Shown here one piece after another: positions 53,311 through 57,660 of a stretch of DNA of 57,660 bases (positions are counted from its first letter, which is position 1; each line of letters starts with the position of its first letter). Under the pieces are notes generated by a model. It was not told the origin of the DNA and did no database searches. It saw nothing but the letters and a program-made list of their open reading frames with translations. The stretch is from Octopus bimaculoides (Eukaryota), in contig NC_068998.1 in the NCBI RefSeq assembly GCF_001194135.2, forward strand, positions 254,117 through 311,776. The letters run 5' to 3'. Made by a program: the position numbers and the translations under genes.

Positions 53311-53375
53311 GCTGTGTGTGTGTATAATGCATGCATATACACACAGACACACACACACTTGTATATATGTATCTA

Positions 53376-53415
<40 letters not shown>

Positions 53416-53777
53416 GATATATATGTATATGTGTGTGTATAATGCATGCATATACACACACAGACACACACACTTGTGTGTATATGTAAATATATATGTA
53501 CATATATGTATGTATGTATGTATGTATCTATCTATCTATCTATCTGTGTAGATAGGTAGATTGTTTTATGATACATGTTGTGGAAGCTCTGCGATGCATC
53601 GTCAGTGATGTTTCTGCAACAAGAAAAGTAAAAAATTAGATCCACCAAGTTTTATAAAATGATACAGTTTAATTATAAGTATTTTTTTCTTTAATTTTTA
53701 ATTTGTTTTAAATTTTTAATAATTTATTTTATTCTTATTTTCTTTCTGAATGCAACAAAAAATATTAAGAACAACTT

Positions 53778-53811
<34 letters not shown>

Positions 53812-55609
53812 ACACACACACACACGTATCTGTCGGATGAATAATTAATAATCAGTTAAGGAGAAACTAAACTAGTACCACCACTACTACTACTGCTGCT
53901 GCTGCTGCTGCTTTTTGTCGTCGTTACATTGAAGAGTAAACCTTCTTCACAAAATTTAAGTTTACTATCATTGTGTGATTATGTTGGCTGTGGTCATACT
54001 GGAGCATTGTGCTACAACTTATTGATTTCACCTGTTTTCTTATCAGAGTTTAAAACCCCTTTAGCCCTCATTTTTTTCTATTTATTTTCTTGTTAATGTT
54101 GTTTCAATGAACAGCTCCATGATAAAAAGTATCTTAGCCATGACCCTTTTTGTTTCAGCCAACGTGTCCTTCTTTATTTAAAGTGGTAAGCTATTGTGCA
54201 GGGTAGATTTAGCAGCTATTTCTTGCAGACTGAATGTCTTTATTGAAGTTTTCTAAGTTTGTGTTGTTATTGTTATTTTTGTAGGCAGGGACTGTTTGTT
54301 GTTGTCTTTGTTCAGACAGACCCATGCTGTTACAGGGGTCAATGTTTAACTCCTAAGGGTTTAAACCAGCCATATCCTGCCCAAATATTCTCCCTGTTTT
54401 ATGTTCAAACTGGCCAGATCAGGCCTCTCACACTTGCCTTACAATATCATTCTAAAAATAATCATTGAGATAATGAATGTCAAAACAATGTGAATAAATA
54501 AACATCACATTTGACAGAATTACCTGAATGCTGGAAGGTTTTTGGCATATTTCATATCCTGGAAATGTGGAACTGAGATCATGAGTTTATCTCACATTCA
54601 GATTGACATTGTACATCTATTTTCCTGCTTCATCTTCAATAAAAGCACCAGCAGCAGAGGAGAACGAGGTGGACTTGGTTCACTGTTTTTTTTTTATTGT
54701 CTTGATTTCTTTGATCTGGTTGCTTCTCATAGTTTGAATCTCATGTGGCCTTCATATAAACATGTGTGTGTGTGTGTGTGTTTGGCCAAAGTGTTTTATA
54801 TGTTTTGAGAAAACTATTGAATAATCTGGGGAAAAACACTAGACTGGGACACTATTTTAGGTCCATACTACTGTTTAATAAACAGAAGACTTATAGTAGT
54901 TTAGTGATTGAAGGCCAGGTCCCATGGGCCTTTGTAGGCTTATCTCCCAGACTACTCAGATGGATCTGGAAATATTTATTGGTCAATGTGGCCAAAAATA
55001 GGACTCTTGGTCTCACTTGATTGCTTGCAAAAGAATGATCTCTATTAAAGGTAACCAAGAACTAGGTGAGGAAGAGGATGGTGTCTTTAAGTATGTATTG
55101 TCCCCTGTGTATCAAATCTGAAGAAGATCCAAATAGGTTGAAATCATCAACCTGTTGGTTGTCATGCCAACATGCTCTCCCTAAGGACATCAAAATAACA
55201 TTAATGTCTAACTCTGGAGCTAATTAACTTGAGAGCAAAAAAAAAAAAAAATGAAGAAACTTGCTTAAAACTATTAAAGTTACAAATACAAGTTTTGAAT
55301 GAGATATTCCCAATGTTGCACAATATTTTGGTGAGAAGAATTTCTGGGAACATGTAGAAAGTGGAATTTAACAAAACAAGTAGTTCAGCTTCATCACCGC
55401 AGAGAAATTCTAATTGAAATAATCTCACTGATAATCCAATATGTTTATATCACATAATTGCGGAACAAATTTTAATTAACTTAACGTTTAATTAAAGATG
55501 TATGTATAAAAGAAATACTGGTAAATGAATTCTTAAATCTGTTCAGAGACTCCATTTTTCAGATGTTGTTGTTGTTGTTGTTGTTGTTGAATGTCGATAA
55601 TGGTAAACA

Positions 55610-55815
55610 ACAAAAACAATAATGTTTCAAATTTTGGTACAAAGGCAGTAATTTTAGTGGGGAGAAGGATAGTTAATAACATCAACCCCAGTACCTGACT
55701 GGTACTCTGTTTTATTAACCCCAAAAGGATGAAAGGTAAAGTTGATCTTGGCAGAATTTGAACTCAGAACGTAATGAATTAGAATAAATGTTGCTAAGCA
55801 AATTTTCCAACATGC
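55610..55815 (-). mobile_element. SINE family B copy
   Basis: ggatgaaaggtaaagttgatcttggcagaatttgaactcagaacg is the reverse complement of the family core. Confidence 0.8.
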
Positions 55816-55869
55816 TAATGAGTTTATCAGCTTTCCAATGATAATAATAAAGTTACAGAAATACCTATT

Positions 55870-56043
55870 TCAGAAGCAAGTAGACTCTGTAAAGTGGTTG
55901 GCATCAGGAAGGGCATGCAGCCATAGAAACCATGCCAGAACAGACAATGGAGCCTGGTGCGGCTCCTGGCCATGCCAGCTCCTGTCAAACCGTCCAACCC
56001 ATGCCAGCATGGAAAACAAACGTCAAATGATGATGATGATGAT
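55870..56043 (+). mobile_element. SINE family A copy
   Basis: gtggttggcatcaggaagggcatgcagccatagaaacc...cgtccaacccatgccagcatggaaaac...gatgatgatgat. Confidence 0.85.
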
Positions 56044-56495
56044 ATACATATGCAATTGAGTATGTACACATCATATGTATAGCATGTAATTTTGTAACAT
56101 ATTGTAGACAATATGCTCAATATGCTCAATTCCAAAACTATCTTAATTCAAATAGCAAAATTCATTGACCTTACAGTACTATCATCATTGCTGCTGTTCT
56201 GCCCCAGGAGGGCCTCTCCACTTCAACAATGCAACCTTCCTTCACTGACAATATACATAAAAACAATAATTTAATTATGTTGCTAGAAAACCAATATCAC
56301 TCAGAAGCTGATAGTTTAGAATCCTCATCTGAATACGAAATAATAAATTTTGATATAAAGTGATCCAGAGGTTGTTATTTGGTGATGTTGTCTTTGTTAA
56401 AAGGTTCAGACTCTGAATGTTGATGATAACCAAGATTGCTTCAAGGTCAGAACAAATGATTTCTCTTCAAGGAAATGTTGCCTAAAAGCTTTCAG

Positions 56496-56499
56496 TTAT

Positions 56500-56534
<35 letters not shown>

Positions 56535-56700
56535 GGTAGATAGATAGACAGATGGATAGACAGACAGATAGATAGATAGGTAGGTAGGTAGGTAGATAGA
56601 TAGATAGATAGATAGACAGGCAAATAGATAGGTAGACAGACAGACAGGTAGGTAGGTAGGTGGATGGATAGGTAGATAGATAAACAGACAGACTGACAGA
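56496..56700. repeat. Compound tetranucleotide microsatellite (CAGA/TAGA/TAGG)n
   Basis: Read directly from the sequence. Confidence 0.95.
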
Positions 56701-56721
56701 CACACACACACACACATACAT

Positions 56722-56875
56722 ATAGGTGCAGGTGTGGCTGTGTCAGAAGTTTGCATCCCAACTTTATGGTTCCAGGTTCAGTCCCACTGCATGGCACATT
56801 GGACTTGTGTCAGCCCTGGGTTGATGATAACTTTGTAAGTGGATATGGTTGACAGAAGCTGGAAGAAGCCCAGTG
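56722..56875 (+). mobile_element. tRNA-head SINE family C
   Basis: aggtgcaggtgtggctgtg...ggttccaggttcagtcccactgcatggcac (A/B-box-like head); related copies at about 2455-2565 (-), 6420-6640, 25665-25830 and 49010-49125 (+). Confidence 0.75.
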
Positions 56876-56979
56876 TTTCGTTGCCCCAGATACAGCTGTT
56901 AAGTATATATCCATTTTTTTGTATTTCATGAATTTAATATACTTTGTCATTTGATCTGTCTCGCTTACTTACATTTACT

Positions 56980-57020
<41 letters not shown>

Positions 57021-57371
57021 CTATCTATATGTAAACTATTATATATTCGTCATAGTTCATTTCAACGACCATTTCCTGCAGGATGTTTTTCTGATTAAGA
57101 AGTAAACTAAACTTGTTTGTGTTGTTGTGTCTTGGTTGGTGGTGAAACAAGATAAAGATGGTTACTTTACCCCTCACTCACTCACCACCAGTGCTACCAC
57201 TTGGTGCTTTGTGTCTAAGTATGTCTAGGAGTAATCGGGGGTGTGTGTGTGTGCGTGTCTTTGACAATATTCGAGATACTGTCTGAAGTGATAATCATGT
57301 GAAACCAATGAAATTTACAGTCAGTTTCTTGTGTGTGGGGTGTTTATACACATATATGTATGTGTATGTTG

Positions 57372-57403
<32 letters not shown>

Positions 57404-57660
57404 TTATTAATATTTCTAAGTCTCTCTAAAGGAGACTACGGCAGCGGTACTGGAAATTAATAGTTATCGCCAAGCCAACATGGCAGTCCCAAAATTAGGA
57501 CGAAAGCTGCCGTGAATTAGCTCCAAGAAGCCATCGCCTCTAGCTAGCTATGTGACACACGAAACCTGTGTCCTTTATAACCTTCGAACAGGGGAGGTCA
57601 GCAGTGTCCCCCTGCTGGTTTGGCATCTGCAGACTAGACTAGTTTCAGGGTGTTGCCCCT

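Noticed and set aside
56208-56363. Acceptor plus a 51-codon open frame (EGLSTSTMQPSF...DIK*)
   Set aside because: Wrong phase for CASK, no homology recognised, chance-length ORF.

Overview
AT-rich eukaryotic DNA, dense in microsatellites and SINEs, with 11 N-gaps that nearly all abut simple repeats. The SINE families (CAT-tailed elements carrying CATGCTAGCATG) and the LINE/mariner relics resemble an Octopus-type cephalopod genome (inference from recalled repeat consensus, not a database search). Only one coding exon is recognisable: a + strand exon at 21740-21809 with a strong acceptor and an AG|GTAAGC donor, encoding MATDEDVPFSSIYDLQEVIG(R/S). This matches the first coding exon of CASK (human [20 protein letters not shown], also ending in phase 2). 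The next CASK exon (GPFSVVRRC...) was not found, so most of the window is probably CASK intron. Intron content includes decayed mariner, RTE, RTE-X and R4/Dong-like elements, several SINE families (some as inverted pairs) and unusual minisatellites. The most interesting spot is a CpG-retaining, promoter-like segment at about 50.7-52.2 kb. It holds a 108-nt, phase 2-2, stop-free exon candidate (51235-51342) exactly in the CASK frame, whose end (YGLLYRVGR) would rebuild the kinase beta-1/Gly-loop entry. It also carries overlapping alternative frames and antisense splice signals. Nearly all ORFs in the supplied track are microsatellite, gap or chance products. There is no CRISPR, rRNA or tRNA gene.
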